The position numbers and the translations under genes are program-made. A stretch of DNA of 64,000 nucleotides from Bacteroidota bacterium (lineage in GTDB: Bacteria > Bacteroidota > Bacteroidia > Bacteroidales > F082). The stretch is from assembly GCA_045267845.1 (NCBI GenBank), contig JASFZK010000057.1:792-64791 (forward strand), written 5' to 3'. Below are positions 27,656 through 37,213 of this stretch, in pieces. Numbering within the stretch: the first letter of the stretch is position 1; every line of letters starts with the position of its first letter. The notes under the pieces were generated by a model that was given only the letters and a program-made list of their open reading frames with translations, ran no database searches and was not told where the DNA came from.

Positions 27656-27668
27656 ATAACCCTTATTA

Positions 27669-27989
27669 CTATTTTGTTTTGTAGAGCTCTATACTTCTTA
27701 CAATATCCATAATCAAACACGATGATGTTTGTTTACCATGTCGTTTTTTTATTTTTAGTAAATAAGCACCAAAACTCTGCCCAGTAAAAAAAGCAGCTAC
27801 AAAAAACACATAAGTATACCATGCAAAACCTATCGAAACTAATATTCTTAAAGCTATGATAAACGGAACGGGTATGTGTACTGCAAGTATCCATTGCAAC
27901 GAAAACTTACGAACATTGGCGCGCCAATATCCAAAAGGGATATTAAAAATAAATATAATTACGCTTGCTATAATAAGTTTTGTTATCAT
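27669..27989 (-). CDS. small membrane protein, function unknown
   Basis: 106 aa, 3 hydrophobic segments; minus-strand TAGTTTTG box at 28017-28024. Confidence 0.5.
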   Translation of the reverse strand: MITKLIIASVIIFIFNIPFGYWRANVRKFSLQWILAVHIPVPFIIALRILVSIGFAWYTYVFFVAAFFTGQSFGAYLLKIKKRHGKQTSSCLIMDIVRSIELYKTK

Positions 27990-28016
27990 TATTAATTAAA
28001 GTGGCTAACGAATTTA

Positions 28017-28024
28017 CAAAACTA
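28017..28024 (-). promoter_or_regulatory. TAnnTTTG -7 box (TAGTTTTG)
   Basis: 27 nt upstream of the 27989 start. Confidence 0.4.
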
Positions 28025-28058
28025 ACAAAATACACAAATGGCAAATTGGAATAATTTG

Positions 28059-28066
28059 TAATTTTG
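28059..28066 (+). promoter_or_regulatory. TAnnTTTG -7 box (TAATTTTG)
   Basis: 18 nt upstream of ATG 28085. Confidence 0.45.
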
Positions 28067-28084
28067 TCTCAAACTAATTTAGTA

Positions 28085-28540
28085 ATGTCAAAAAAGCTAC
28101 AAACAGAAGTTGATTGTTTTGAGGAATATAAAATGATTGCCATTGTAAGTCATTTAAAAGATTATACTCTTTGTTACCATATCAATCTCCGTTTTGATTT
28201 TGATTTTATTAAGTACGACGATATGGATGGTATAACACCACATGATGATGTAAGAAGATTTTCGTGGTACTATTACAAAGACGACATAAGCAGAACAGTT
28301 TTTTACTTAATGGGAAATAAATGTGAAAGTGGCTATTTATTGCAATCACAAAAAACTGTCGATTATTTCTTACTTATAAAAAACCCGGTAAGTGATGATC
28401 TGGTTAAATCAATAGCGACTAACATGCGACAAGTAACTAATATAAGTGCTGTTTTTGAAATAGATTTGCAGAAACAAAAAAATATTGATTCTCTGCTAGA
28501 AACAATCGAACTGCATGAATTAGAGGTTCTAAACAAATAG
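28085..28540 (+). CDS. IPExxxVDY-family-like protein (Bacteroidota-specific)
   Basis: 151 aa from ATG 28085 (TAATTTTG box at 28059-28066). N-terminal ...YKMIAIVSHLKDYTLCYHIN... and C-terminal QKTVDYFLLIKN resemble the family, but IPE is replaced by LQS. Confidence 0.4.
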   Translation: MSKKLQTEVDCFEEYKMIAIVSHLKDYTLCYHINLRFDFDFIKYDDMDGITPHDDVRRFSWYYYKDDISRTVFYLMGNKCESGYLLQSQKTVDYFLLIKNPVSDDLVKSIATNMRQVTNISAVFEIDLQKQKNIDSLLETIELHELEVLNK

Positions 28541-28589
28541 TATATTACCATAACGAAACAAAATCACAAAAAATTCGTTTAATAAAATT

Positions 28590-29003
28590 ATGAAGTTGCC
28601 CAACAATATCCAACAATATTTACATTATTATGATGAGTTAGCACTCAAGGGTAAGTTCAAAATTATTGGTAAGAAAATTGGGTCTAAGATTCTTTTTTAT
28701 GTACTTATAATGGTTATTCTAATAAGTGATAGCAAAATACCCATTAAAGTTCGCATTGTATTTATGGGGGCATTGGGATATTTAATACTCCCCACCGATT
28801 TGGTTGCCGATATATTACCCATAGTTGGCTTTACCGATGATATTGCATTTTTAACCTTTGCCATCAACAATGCTCGCGAATATATTACCCCAGAAGTAAA
28901 AGATAAGGCAAAAGCAAAATTAGAACAATGGATTGGTGCTGAAGCAGAGGAAGCTGAAATTGTAGACGACGAAGTTTATAACAACTATAAAGAAGATGTT
29001 TAA
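28590..29003 (+). CDS. DUF1232 (YkvA-like) membrane protein
   Basis: 137 aa; YLILPTDLVADILPIVGFTDDIAF signature. Confidence 0.7.
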   Translation: MKLPNNIQQYLHYYDELALKGKFKIIGKKIGSKILFYVLIMVILISDSKIPIKVRIVFMGALGYLILPTDLVADILPIVGFTDDIAFLTFAINNAREYITPEVKDKAKAKLEQWIGAEAEEAEIVDDEVYNNYKEDV

Positions 29004-29004
29004 T

Positions 29005-30021
29005 TTACATCGACGACTTAAACTGTTCCAAAAATCTCACATCATTTTCAAAAAATAATCGAAGATCATTTATTTGATATTTGAGCATTGTAATACGTTC
29101 GATGCCCATTCCAAAAGCGAAGCCGGTATACTTTTTACTATCTATTCCGCATGATTCCAACACATTAGGATCAACCATTCCACAACCTAATATTTCAACC
29201 CAGCCGCTGTATTTACAAATATTACATCCTTTGCCACCACATATATTACACGAAATATCCATTTCTGCCGAAGGTTCGGTAAATGGGAAATATGAAGGGC
29301 GGAATCGTGTTTTTGTGTTTTCGCCAAAAAGCTCTTTTGCAAAATAGTACAAGGTTTGTTTAAGATCAACAAACGAAACATCTGTGTCAACATATAAACC
29401 TTCAACCTGATGGAAAATGCAATGTGCACGTGCCGAAATGGCTTCGTTACGAAAAACACGCCCCGGTGAAATTGTACGAATTGGGGGGGCTGTGTTTTGC
29501 ATAACCCTAACCTGTACCGATGATGTATGAGTACGAAGTGCAATATCAGGATCTTTTTCAATGAAAAAAGTATCCTGCATATCGCGGGCAGGGTGATCAG
29601 CAGGGAAATTCAATGCCGAAAAGTTATGAAAGTCGTCTTCAATCTCGGGTCCTTCGCTTACGGTAAATCCAATACGCGAAAAAATATCTATAATATCATT
29701 TCGAACAATCGACAATGGATGGCGTGTTCCCAAGGGAGCTGATGAAGGAAGGGTAAGATCGGGTTTAACGGTACTTTCAACTATATTCTCAAAACCTTCT
29801 TTCAATGAAACAATTTTTTCCTGAACAGATGTTTTTAATCCATTCATTAATTGTCCCATTTCTTTCCTTTGCTCGGGAGCAACATTTCTAAAATCGGCAA
29901 ATAGAGCAGTAACTGCGCCTTTCTTGCTAAGATATTTGATTCTAAAAGCCTCCAACTGTTCAAGATTTTCAGCATTAAACGCCTTTACATCTTCTAACAG
30001 ACCTTCTATTTTTTCTTTCAT
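29005..30021 (-). CDS. pheS: phenylalanine--tRNA ligase alpha subunit
   Basis: 338 aa; FRNEAISARAHCIFHQVEGL (motif 2), GFAFGMGIERI (motif 3). Confidence 0.95.
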   Translation of the reverse strand: MKEKIEGLLEDVKAFNAENLEQLEAFRIKYLSKKGAVTALFADFRNVAPEQRKEMGQLMNGLKTSVQEKIVSLKEGFENIVESTVKPDLTLPSSAPLGTRHPLSIVRNDIIDIFSRIGFTVSEGPEIEDDFHNFSALNFPADHPARDMQDTFFIEKDPDIALRTHTSSVQVRVMQNTAPPIRTISPGRVFRNEAISARAHCIFHQVEGLYVDTDVSFVDLKQTLYYFAKELFGENTKTRFRPSYFPFTEPSAEMDISCNICGGKGCNICKYSGWVEILGCGMVDPNVLESCGIDSKKYTGFAFGMGIERITMLKYQINDLRLFFENDVRFLEQFKSSM

Positions 30022-30088
30022 AATCAGTTGGATTATACTTATTTAAATTTGCTAAGATAATATAACTAGTATTGGTCCTTAAAGTCAG

Positions 30089-30205
30089 GGGTTAGTTTAT
30101 AATGTTCGAATTCGAGGCTTGCGAAGTCTTTAAAACCAAAGAGCCCCGACAGTATCGTCGGGATGAGTGTTTTAAAGACAAGCATAACGAAGAAGTCGGA
30201 CATTA
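30089..30205 (-). repeat. 110-nt hairpin element with conserved arms, copy 2
   Basis: CGAGGCTTGCGAAGTCTTTAAAAC...GTTTTAAAGACAAGCATAACGAAG with apical hairpin CCCGAC-AGTATC-GTCGGG. Confidence 0.85.
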
Positions 30206-30219
30206 GAGACAAACACTAA

Positions 30220-30762
30220 TTAGTCTTCAATTTCAATAGTCATAGTAACTAGCTGTACAGGAACATCACCACGACCTGTTTGTACCTTTGCTATTTGATC
30301 CACTACATCTATTCCCATAATTACCTCACCAAAAATAGTATAATCGCCATCTAAATGTGGAGTTCCATTTGGGTTTTGTACAATATAAAACTGACATCCT
30401 GATGATCTTTTCTCTGGGTTTGTGGGACCACCAATACGTGCTGCAGCAAGTACACCTTTTTTATGTGTATGATTTGGCAAAATTTCAGCAGGAACAGTAT
30501 AACCAGGGTCAACAACACCAGATTTGTTATGGCCAGCCTGAATCATAAAATTATTAATTACCCTGTGAAACGGTGAACCATCATACCAACCTTCGTTTAC
30601 AAGTTTAATAAAATTATCACGGTGTAAAGGGGTATCATTATATAGTTTTACGGTTATATCACCCATTGTGGTATGTATAACAGCAATAGTTTCAGGCTTT
30701 TCTGTTTGTGCAACTAGTTGGATACTTAAAATTAATCCTAGTATCAAAAGCAAATTTTTCAT
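30220..30762 (-). CDS. cyclophilin-type peptidyl-prolyl isomerase, secreted
   Basis: 180 aa; signal peptide, FHRVINNFMIQAG, CQFYIV, TIFGEV. Confidence 0.9.
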   Translation of the reverse strand: MKNLLLILGLILSIQLVAQTEKPETIAVIHTTMGDITVKLYNDTPLHRDNFIKLVNEGWYDGSPFHRVINNFMIQAGHNKSGVVDPGYTVPAEILPNHTHKKGVLAAARIGGPTNPEKRSSGCQFYIVQNPNGTPHLDGDYTIFGEVIMGIDVVDQIAKVQTGRGDVPVQLVTMTIEIED

Positions 30763-30787
30763 ATTATTATCTTTTTTAAATGATTGG

Positions 30788-30795
30788 CAAAAATA
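30788..30795 (-). promoter_or_regulatory. TAnnTTTG -7 box (TATTTTTG)
   Basis: 25 nt upstream of the cyclophilin start. Confidence 0.45.
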
Positions 30796-30864
30796 ATAAA
30801 ATTGATGTTACTAAACAGTGTGTTTTATACAATTTGGTGATTAAATAAACCACTGACATATAGT

Positions 30865-30960
30865 ATTATCTGTAACTTTGTGTGCCTTTGTGATGTACTT
30901 TGTGTGCCTTCGTGGTAAAAATTTAACCACAATGTACCACCAAGGATTACACAAAGTTAA
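30865..30960 (-). repeat. CACAAAG-word palindromic repeat, copy B
   Basis: Reverse complement matches 21891-21987; explains spurious ORFs 30841-31059 and 30878-31111. Confidence 0.9.
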
Positions 30961-31129
30961 AATACTATTTATTAAAGTACTGACATTTAATATATTAAGC
31001 ATACTGATTAGTAACAAATTGATTGATGCAACTAATATTGAACAAATCACAATATTCAAAATAGGTTGGTTATTACGCTATAAAAACTCAACTTTATTAA
31101 TTGATCCCTGATTATCCATTCATTTACAG

Positions 31130-31137
31130 TATCTTTG
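31130..31137 (+). promoter_or_regulatory. TAnnTTTG -7 box (TATCTTTG)
   Basis: 20 nt upstream of ATG 31158. Confidence 0.5.
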
Positions 31138-31157
31138 CCAACTTTTTAAAAATAAAT

Positions 31158-32423
31158 ATGACATTCAAAGAACTAAATATTATTGATCCCATACTTAAAG
31201 CTTTAAGTGCTGAGGGATATACTAATCCAACTCCAATACAGGAACAAGCTATTCCCATATTAATGCGCCATAAAGATTTACTTGGTTGCGCACAAACAGG
31301 TACTGGGAAAACTGCCGCTTTTGCAATTCCTATTCTTCAACATCTTTATCTCGACAAACAAAAAAATATTGGTAAGCGTAAGATAAAAGTATTAGTTGTT
31401 ACGCCTACGAGAGAGCTTGCGCTACAAATTGGCGAAAGTTTTACAACCTACGGTAGATTTACCGGACTAAAAAACACTGTTATTTTTGGTGGAGTTAAAC
31501 AGGGTGCTCAAACCGATTCATTACGACAAGGTGTTGATATTCTTGTGGCAACTCCAGGACGTTTACTCGATTTAATGAATCAAGGCTTTATATCATTAAA
31601 AAATATTGAATATTTTGTGCTAGACGAGGCTGACCATATGCTTGATATGGGTTTTATTCATGATATTCGTAAGATTATCACCAAGTTACCTGAAAAACGC
31701 CAATCTCTATTCTTTTCGGCAACCATGCCACATGCAATAATGTCGCTTTCGCGAAATATTCTAGGTAACCCCCAAAAGGTAACCATACAACCCGAGCAAA
31801 CAACAGCTGAAAAAGTTGAACAATCGGTATATTTTGTTATCAAGAAGGATAAAACAAAGTTATTAATACATATCCTGCAAACAGAATCAGTAGGTTCTGT
31901 TTTGGTTTTTTCACGTACAAAACATGGCGCCAATAAAATTGTAAAATTATTGCTAAAAGCTGGAATATCTGCTGTTGCCATTCACGGGAATAAATCACAA
32001 GGAGCGCGTGTAAAAGCGCTGAATGATTTTAAAAGTGGTAATATTGATGTACTTGTTGCCACCGATATTGCCGCTCGCGGTATAGATGTTGAGGAGCTTT
32101 CGCATGTAATTAATTATGATTTACCAAATGTGCCTGAGACCTACGTTCACCGAATTGGAAGAACAGGCAGAGCAGGAGCAAGTGGCGTGGCAATATCATT
32201 TAGCGATGCCGAAGAAAGAGCATACTTACGTGATATTCAAAAATTAATTGGACAAACTGTTCCTGTTGTTACAGATCATCCTTTCGTAAGTGATGTTACA
32301 GAAGTTGAACCCAAAACAACAAAAAAGCCACAACGCTTCAAGCCACGATCAGCAAATAAAGGTAACGAAAACAGAAATAATTGGCGCAAGCGTCGTAATC
32401 CTGATTCAAAAAAGCGAAATTAA
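31158..32423 (+). CDS. DEAD-box ATP-dependent RNA helicase (RhlE-like)
   Basis: Start at MTFKELN (TATCTTTG box at 31130-31137); [25 protein letters not shown], basic C-terminal tail. Confidence 0.93.
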   Translation: MTFKELNIIDPILKALSAEGYTNPTPIQEQAIPILMRHKDLLGCAQTGTGKTAAFAIPILQHLYLDKQKNIGKRKIKVLVVTPTRELALQIGESFTTYGRFTGLKNTVIFGGVKQGAQTDSLRQGVDILVATPGRLLDLMNQGFISLKNIEYFVLDEADHMLDMGFIHDIRKIITKLPEKRQSLFFSATMPHAIMSLSRNILGNPQKVTIQPEQTTAEKVEQSVYFVIKKDKTKLLIHILQTESVGSVLVFSRTKHGANKIVKLLLKAGISAVAIHGNKSQGARVKALNDFKSGNIDVLVATDIAARGIDVEELSHVINYDLPNVPETYVHRIGRTGRAGASGVAISFSDAEERAYLRDIQKLIGQTVPVVTDHPFVSDVTEVEPKTTKKPQRFKPRSANKGNENRNNWRKRRNPDSKKRN

Positions 32424-32539
32424 ATGAAACTCCTCGCAGCAATCTGACGAGGTATCTCAATCAAATTTTGTTTTTACATCGCATCATGATGCCGGGAATA
32501 AAACCCATGAGATCCCGCGGTTATCGGTTGGGATCAGTG
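32423..32539 (+). repeat. 118-nt multi-hairpin intergenic element, copy 1
   Basis: AATGAAACTCCTCGCAGCAATCTGACGAGGTATCTCAATC...GGGATCAGTG; about 85-90% identical to 48453-48571. Confidence 0.9.
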
Positions 32540-32563
32540 AGACTATGATTTAATTGGTATTAC

Positions 32564-32764
32564 TTATTTTCTGGATAACCACCATAACCAAATAAAAAGG
32601 AATCCAGTTCCAAAAAACCCCATTATATTCACCCAATCAGGCAAATACCAATCACCAATCATAACATCTATTCCTGTAAATACCCGAGTTATATGTAGCA
32701 AAGCCACCAATCCAAAAATAGTCCCTGATATACGAAGTGCAATAATCTTTGAGTTCATAATCAT
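32564..32764 (-). CDS. small two-TM membrane protein
   Basis: 66 aa, two hydrophobic helices, Trp-rich end. Confidence 0.4.
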   Translation of the reverse strand: MIMNSKIIALRISGTIFGLVALLHITRVFTGIDVMIGDWYLPDWVNIMGFFGTGFLFIWLWWLSRK

Positions 32765-32813
32765 AAGTATTGAGCCAACGATAAATAATAAATTGCAATA
32801 CTCTTAACCTTGA

Positions 32814-35324
32814 TTATATAATTGTTTTCAGTGTTAACCTCTTCGTCTTCCCAATTACTTCAAATAACAACATTCCTTTATTGTTTCCAAAATACTGACT
32901 AACATCAATTTGTGTTTTCCCTTTTTGAAGTTTTTCAGTATTAAAAGAAGCCAACTTTATCCCGGTAAGGTTGTAAACATTAATTTGGAATGATTGTGTT
33001 TTATCATTTTCGATAATGATGCTTTTTGATATTTTTGTGTTGATTAAACTAGCAGTAAAACTTTGATTTTTTACTTCAATTTCATTATTTCCAACATATA
33101 AATCACTTAAATCAACTTTGTATATTGAATTGCCATAAGTAGCTGCATATATCATATTTGTTAAAGGATTAATACGAAGGGCAACAACGGGGGTTTGTGG
33201 CATATTACCAGACATATTTTCCCAATTATCGCCACCATTATGTGTAAGATAAACCCCAGCATCAGTACCAACAATAATATTTTGATTGTTTAATGGGTTA
33301 ATAACAATTGCGTTCACTGGGATTTCGGGTAAATCACCACTTATTTCTATCCAGCTTTCGCCTAAGTTTGTTGACATAAAAACATGTGGTAGAGGTTCAT
33401 CCCACCTAAATCCTGAAATAGTAACATAAATTGTTTCTTCATCAATAGGGTCGAATGCTACACGAGTAATCCATCTATCAGGTAGTTCTTCTGAAATCAG
33501 ATCCCACGATGAACCAGCATTTAACGAAATGTGAACATTACCATCAGCACTTCCCGCCAACACGTATTCTTCATTCAAATCCGAAACAGCAAGCGTTGTT
33601 AATGTGTTGAAATTACTACTACCACCATCTGTTAAATCAGCGCTTACGGCAACCCATCCACTACCATTATTAGTTGATTTCCACACTCGATGTGTTCCAA
33701 AATATACAACTTGATCATTTCCAGGGGTTAGTGCCAGCGGTGCCGACCAGTTTTTTCTGTCATTTTGCATACTGTAGGAAATGTAATCGTAATTTGGCCA
33801 CGATGATTGTGCGTTATACGACCTATACAAATTACCCCACTGATACTCAGCATATGCAATATCGTTATTTTGTTGATTAATCGCACAGTACATACCATCG
33901 CCTCCCAAAACGGCTTCCCAGTTTAAGGTGTTTCCGCCTATTGTACGAATTGAATTATTATCCTGTGTTCCTCCCATCATAAAATCAGGGTTGGTATTAC
34001 TAATATCAAAGGCATAAAATTGTGTAAGAGGCAAGTTGTTAATTTTTGTCCATGAACTACCATTGTTAGTACTCCAATAAAGTCCACCATCATTACCAAG
34101 GTAAACCCTATCCGATTCTTCATCAAAAAACATAGCGTGATGATCAACATGAACTGAGCTACCTATTTGATTCCAATAACTTCCACTGTTATCTGTTCGA
34201 TACATAATTTGGCCAAGTGTGTATACCAACTCTTCGTCATTTGGGTCAACCCTAATTTGACCAAAATACCAGGCAAATGATGAGCCCATTCCATACAAAT
34301 AGTTATTGTCGACTTGCTGCCAGCTATTACCATCATCAATGGTTTTAAATACATACATCTCTTGATTTGGCATATCATACATGGCATATAACACACTTGG
34401 GTTTGATTTTGAAATAGCAATTCCTATGCGCCCTTTGTCGATTGCTCCTGGTAACCCATTGGTAAGCTCAACCCAGTTATCACCACCATTGGTAGTTTTC
34501 CAAATACCTGATGATTGACCAAATGAATTACGATAAGTAAGTCCCCGTTTACGTTCCCAAAAAGCTGCGTAAAGAATATTTTCATCTGTTGGATGTTGCA
34601 CAAGATCTATTGCAGCTGTGGAATCATTTACAAAAAGTACTTGCTCCCAATTTTCACCGCCATCAATTGTACGATAAATACCACGATTGGTGCTTGTGGA
34701 AAACAAGGTTCCGCAAGCTGCAGCAAATACTCTTTGTGAATTGGAATGGTCAACAATTATTCTTCCAATATAAGCTGATTGTTCCAACCCAGAGTATTGC
34801 CAGCTATCACCACCATCAAGTGATTTGTAAATACCACTACCTAAAAAACTATAACTTGAAGCATTTGCCTCTCCGGTTCCCACATACAGAATGTCCTGAT
34901 TTTGAGGATCAATGGCAATGTCGCCAATGGATATTGTGGAAATGCCAGTAAACTTTTGTTCCCAACTAAGGCCTGTATTTTCTGTTTTTAGTATTCCTCC
35001 CGAAGCACCACCAATATAAATAATATTTGACTGACCAGCAGGCATTTCAATATCAGTAATTCTTCCGCCAATATTTGTTGGGCCAACAAAATCCCACTCA
35101 ATTTCTCCATCTCTTGAAGAATGCATCTGGTTGGCTTTTTTCATCTCCTCTAGATAAACATCCTGTTTTATTTCATTGTATGGATACATGCGTTGCACAG
35201 CCATCCAATCACTTGGCCCTGCAACTGGTTCTTGTTTTTCAATTTTAACACTGTCTTTTTGTTGGAGACTAAATATTAGTATAATTACAAGAATAAGTGG
35301 AATAGTAAGATATAATTTTTTCAT
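32814..35324 (-). CDS. BNR/Asp-box (sortilin/VPS10- or GH74-like) beta-propeller protein with T9SS C-terminal domain
   Basis: 836 aa; at least 9 SxDxGxxW boxes (SLDGGDSWQ, TIDGGENWE, TTNGGDNWV, TIDDGNSWQ...); C-terminal ...INVYNLTGIKL...GMLLFEVIG...LKTII. Confidence 0.75.
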   Translation of the reverse strand: MKKLYLTIPLILVIILIFSLQQKDSVKIEKQEPVAGPSDWMAVQRMYPYNEIKQDVYLEEMKKANQMHSSRDGEIEWDFVGPTNIGGRITDIEMPAGQSNIIYIGGASGGILKTENTGLSWEQKFTGISTISIGDIAIDPQNQDILYVGTGEANASSYSFLGSGIYKSLDGGDSWQYSGLEQSAYIGRIIVDHSNSQRVFAAACGTLFSTSTNRGIYRTIDGGENWEQVLFVNDSTAAIDLVQHPTDENILYAAFWERKRGLTYRNSFGQSSGIWKTTNGGDNWVELTNGLPGAIDKGRIGIAISKSNPSVLYAMYDMPNQEMYVFKTIDDGNSWQQVDNNYLYGMGSSFAWYFGQIRVDPNDEELVYTLGQIMYRTDNSGSYWNQIGSSVHVDHHAMFFDEESDRVYLGNDGGLYWSTNNGSSWTKINNLPLTQFYAFDISNTNPDFMMGGTQDNNSIRTIGGNTLNWEAVLGGDGMYCAINQQNNDIAYAEYQWGNLYRSYNAQSSWPNYDYISYSMQNDRKNWSAPLALTPGNDQVVYFGTHRVWKSTNNGSGWVAVSADLTDGGSSNFNTLTTLAVSDLNEEYVLAGSADGNVHISLNAGSSWDLISEELPDRWITRVAFDPIDEETIYVTISGFRWDEPLPHVFMSTNLGESWIEISGDLPEIPVNAIVINPLNNQNIIVGTDAGVYLTHNGGDNWENMSGNMPQTPVVALRINPLTNMIYAATYGNSIYKVDLSDLYVGNNEIEVKNQSFTASLINTKISKSIIIENDKTQSFQINVYNLTGIKLASFNTEKLQKGKTQIDVSQYFGNNKGMLLFEVIGKTKRLTLKTII

Positions 35325-35355
35325 GGATCTTAAATCAAAGTTGTTTAATTATTGT

Positions 35356-35363
35356 CAAAAGTA
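35356..35363 (-). promoter_or_regulatory. TAnnTTTG -7 box (TACTTTTG)
   Basis: 31 nt upstream of the BNR gene start. Confidence 0.45.
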
Positions 35364-35728
35364 CAACTATGAGTTGAATGTATGCTATTTTATAATTTAT
35401 AAGAATTCTTAATTGAAGTTATATCAGACAAACATTGAGCTGTTTAATGAATAATTAGCCTCATATTTTTCACTTAAAATGATATTAATTATTTAGGGAT
35501 TATACATATTACAAATAAATATCAATTTTATTATAATTTAGCGACACATTTTTTATGGGATTGCTCATACCCGAAACCAAAACAAGCATCCTATACTTTA
35601 AGACTTAATGTTTTTATAAAAATTGATGAGATTACCTATGTTAGTATCTAGGCAAAATTGGAATTGTATCAGATATTAATATTTTAGTAGCTTTTGATTA
35701 CAGTATTACATAATTTAAATTAATTATC

Positions 35729-37075
35729 ATGAAAAAAATTACACTTTTAATTGCTTTAGTTTTCACCTTACAACTGGTAGTTTATTCTCAGTGTTTACCA
35801 GATGGAATTACTTTTAGTTCACAATCAGAAATAGATAACTTCCAAAACAACTACCCAGGTTGTACTGAGATTGAGGGTTCGGTTTTGATAAGCGGCACAG
35901 ATATTACAAACCTTGATGGCTTAAGTAATCTCACTTCTATTGGTGACTATCTTGAAATTATAGATAATACATCTCTTACTAGTTTAAGTGGGTTAGGAAG
36001 TTTAACTTCCATAGAAAGTTATCTAAACATTACTAGTAATACTGCTCTAACTAGTCTGACAGGGCTTAACAATCTAACTGCAATAGATAGTAGCTTGATG
36101 CTCTACAGTAACATATCGTTAACAAGTTTAACGGGGTTGAATAATATAACTTCTGTAGGAGGTCATTTGGAGATAGTTGATCAGGATGCTCTTACAAATT
36201 TAGTAGGCCTTGAATCACTTACTACTGTAAATGGAGAATTTATAATTGCGCAAAATGATGCTTTAATAAATATTGAAGGGTTAAACTCTATAACATCAGT
36301 TGGTATGGATTTAGTTTTGTGGAGAAACCCTGTGTTATTAAGTTGTCAGGGTATTAGCCAACTGGTAACAGTTGGAGAAACTCTTTATTTTTATAAGAAT
36401 ACTAGTATGACAACTTTAATTGGATTTGAATCATTAACAAGTGTTGGGGTTAAAATGATATTTTATGAAAATACTGAGCTACTTGATATGGAAGGATTAA
36501 ATAGCTTAACTTCAATAACTGGTGGGCTTGAGTTTACAAATAACAGTAAGCTTACAAACCTAACTGCATTAATATTTGTTACATCAATTGATGGCATGTT
36601 AATAATTAAGAATAATGAATTATTAACAAATCTGTCGGGGCTTAATAGTATTAATTTTAATACAATTGACAGCATTACTATTACAAATAACCAGGCATTA
36701 TCAACATGCGAAATAGAAAGTGTATGTAACTACATATCTAGTCCTGATGCAATAGTTAATATTAGTAGTAATAGTTCAGGATGCAACAACGTAAACGATG
36801 TTGATTCAGCTTGTCAGCTTATTAATGTTCCGGAATTAGAGTTTGGTGATTTCTATTCTATTTACCCTATACCTGCGGATAACAAGCTACACATATTAAC
36901 ATATAATGATGCTAAAATTAATACTCTAATAATATATAATCAGTTTGGTCAAAGAGTTATTTATTCTAATTCCACAAACAAAACAATAGATATATCAGCA
37001 CTTAAACCAGGGATATATATTATTGAAATATTAAACGGAAACACTAAACTGCGTGATAAACTAGTGGTTAAATAA
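35729..37075 (+). CDS. leucine-rich-repeat-like surface protein with T9SS C-terminal domain
   Basis: 448 aa; signal peptide; about 12 units of ~23 aa (LTSLSGLGSLTSIESYLNITSNT...); C-terminal FSIYPIPADNKLHIL...GIYIIEILNG...KLVVK. Confidence 0.75.
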   Translation: MKKITLLIALVFTLQLVVYSQCLPDGITFSSQSEIDNFQNNYPGCTEIEGSVLISGTDITNLDGLSNLTSIGDYLEIIDNTSLTSLSGLGSLTSIESYLNITSNTALTSLTGLNNLTAIDSSLMLYSNISLTSLTGLNNITSVGGHLEIVDQDALTNLVGLESLTTVNGEFIIAQNDALINIEGLNSITSVGMDLVLWRNPVLLSCQGISQLVTVGETLYFYKNTSMTTLIGFESLTSVGVKMIFYENTELLDMEGLNSLTSITGGLEFTNNSKLTNLTALIFVTSIDGMLIIKNNELLTNLSGLNSINFNTIDSITITNNQALSTCEIESVCNYISSPDAIVNISSNSSGCNNVNDVDSACQLINVPELEFGDFYSIYPIPADNKLHILTYNDAKINTLIIYNQFGQRVIYSNSTNKTIDISALKPGIYIIEILNGNTKLRDKLVVK

Positions 37076-37085
37076 GTCATATTTT

Positions 37086-37128
37086 TAACTCATCTAAGTG
37101 TAGTTTATATCTATATTTAGATGAGTTA
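37086..37128 (+). terminator. 12-bp perfect hairpin after the LRR gene
   Basis: TAACTCATCTAA-N19-TTAGATGAGTTA, 10 nt after the stop; no clean T-run. Confidence 0.45.
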
Positions 37129-37213
37129 TAATATATATACCCACAATCAGTTTCTTCCTAAGCAATATTTGGCCTACTAGTGTAAGCTCAACAATAAGAT
37201 GTACATTTGAAAT

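Noticed and set aside
27310-27656. ORFs 27310-27525 and 27471-27656
   Set aside because: One overlaps the ettA 3' end out of frame, and both run through the 190-nt repeat; the same repeat in inverted orientation at 19241-19429 has no matching ORF.
30100-30115. tRNA T-loop-like GTTCGAATTC
   Set aside because: No acceptor, D or anticodon arms can be drawn; it is part of the 110-nt repeat arm.
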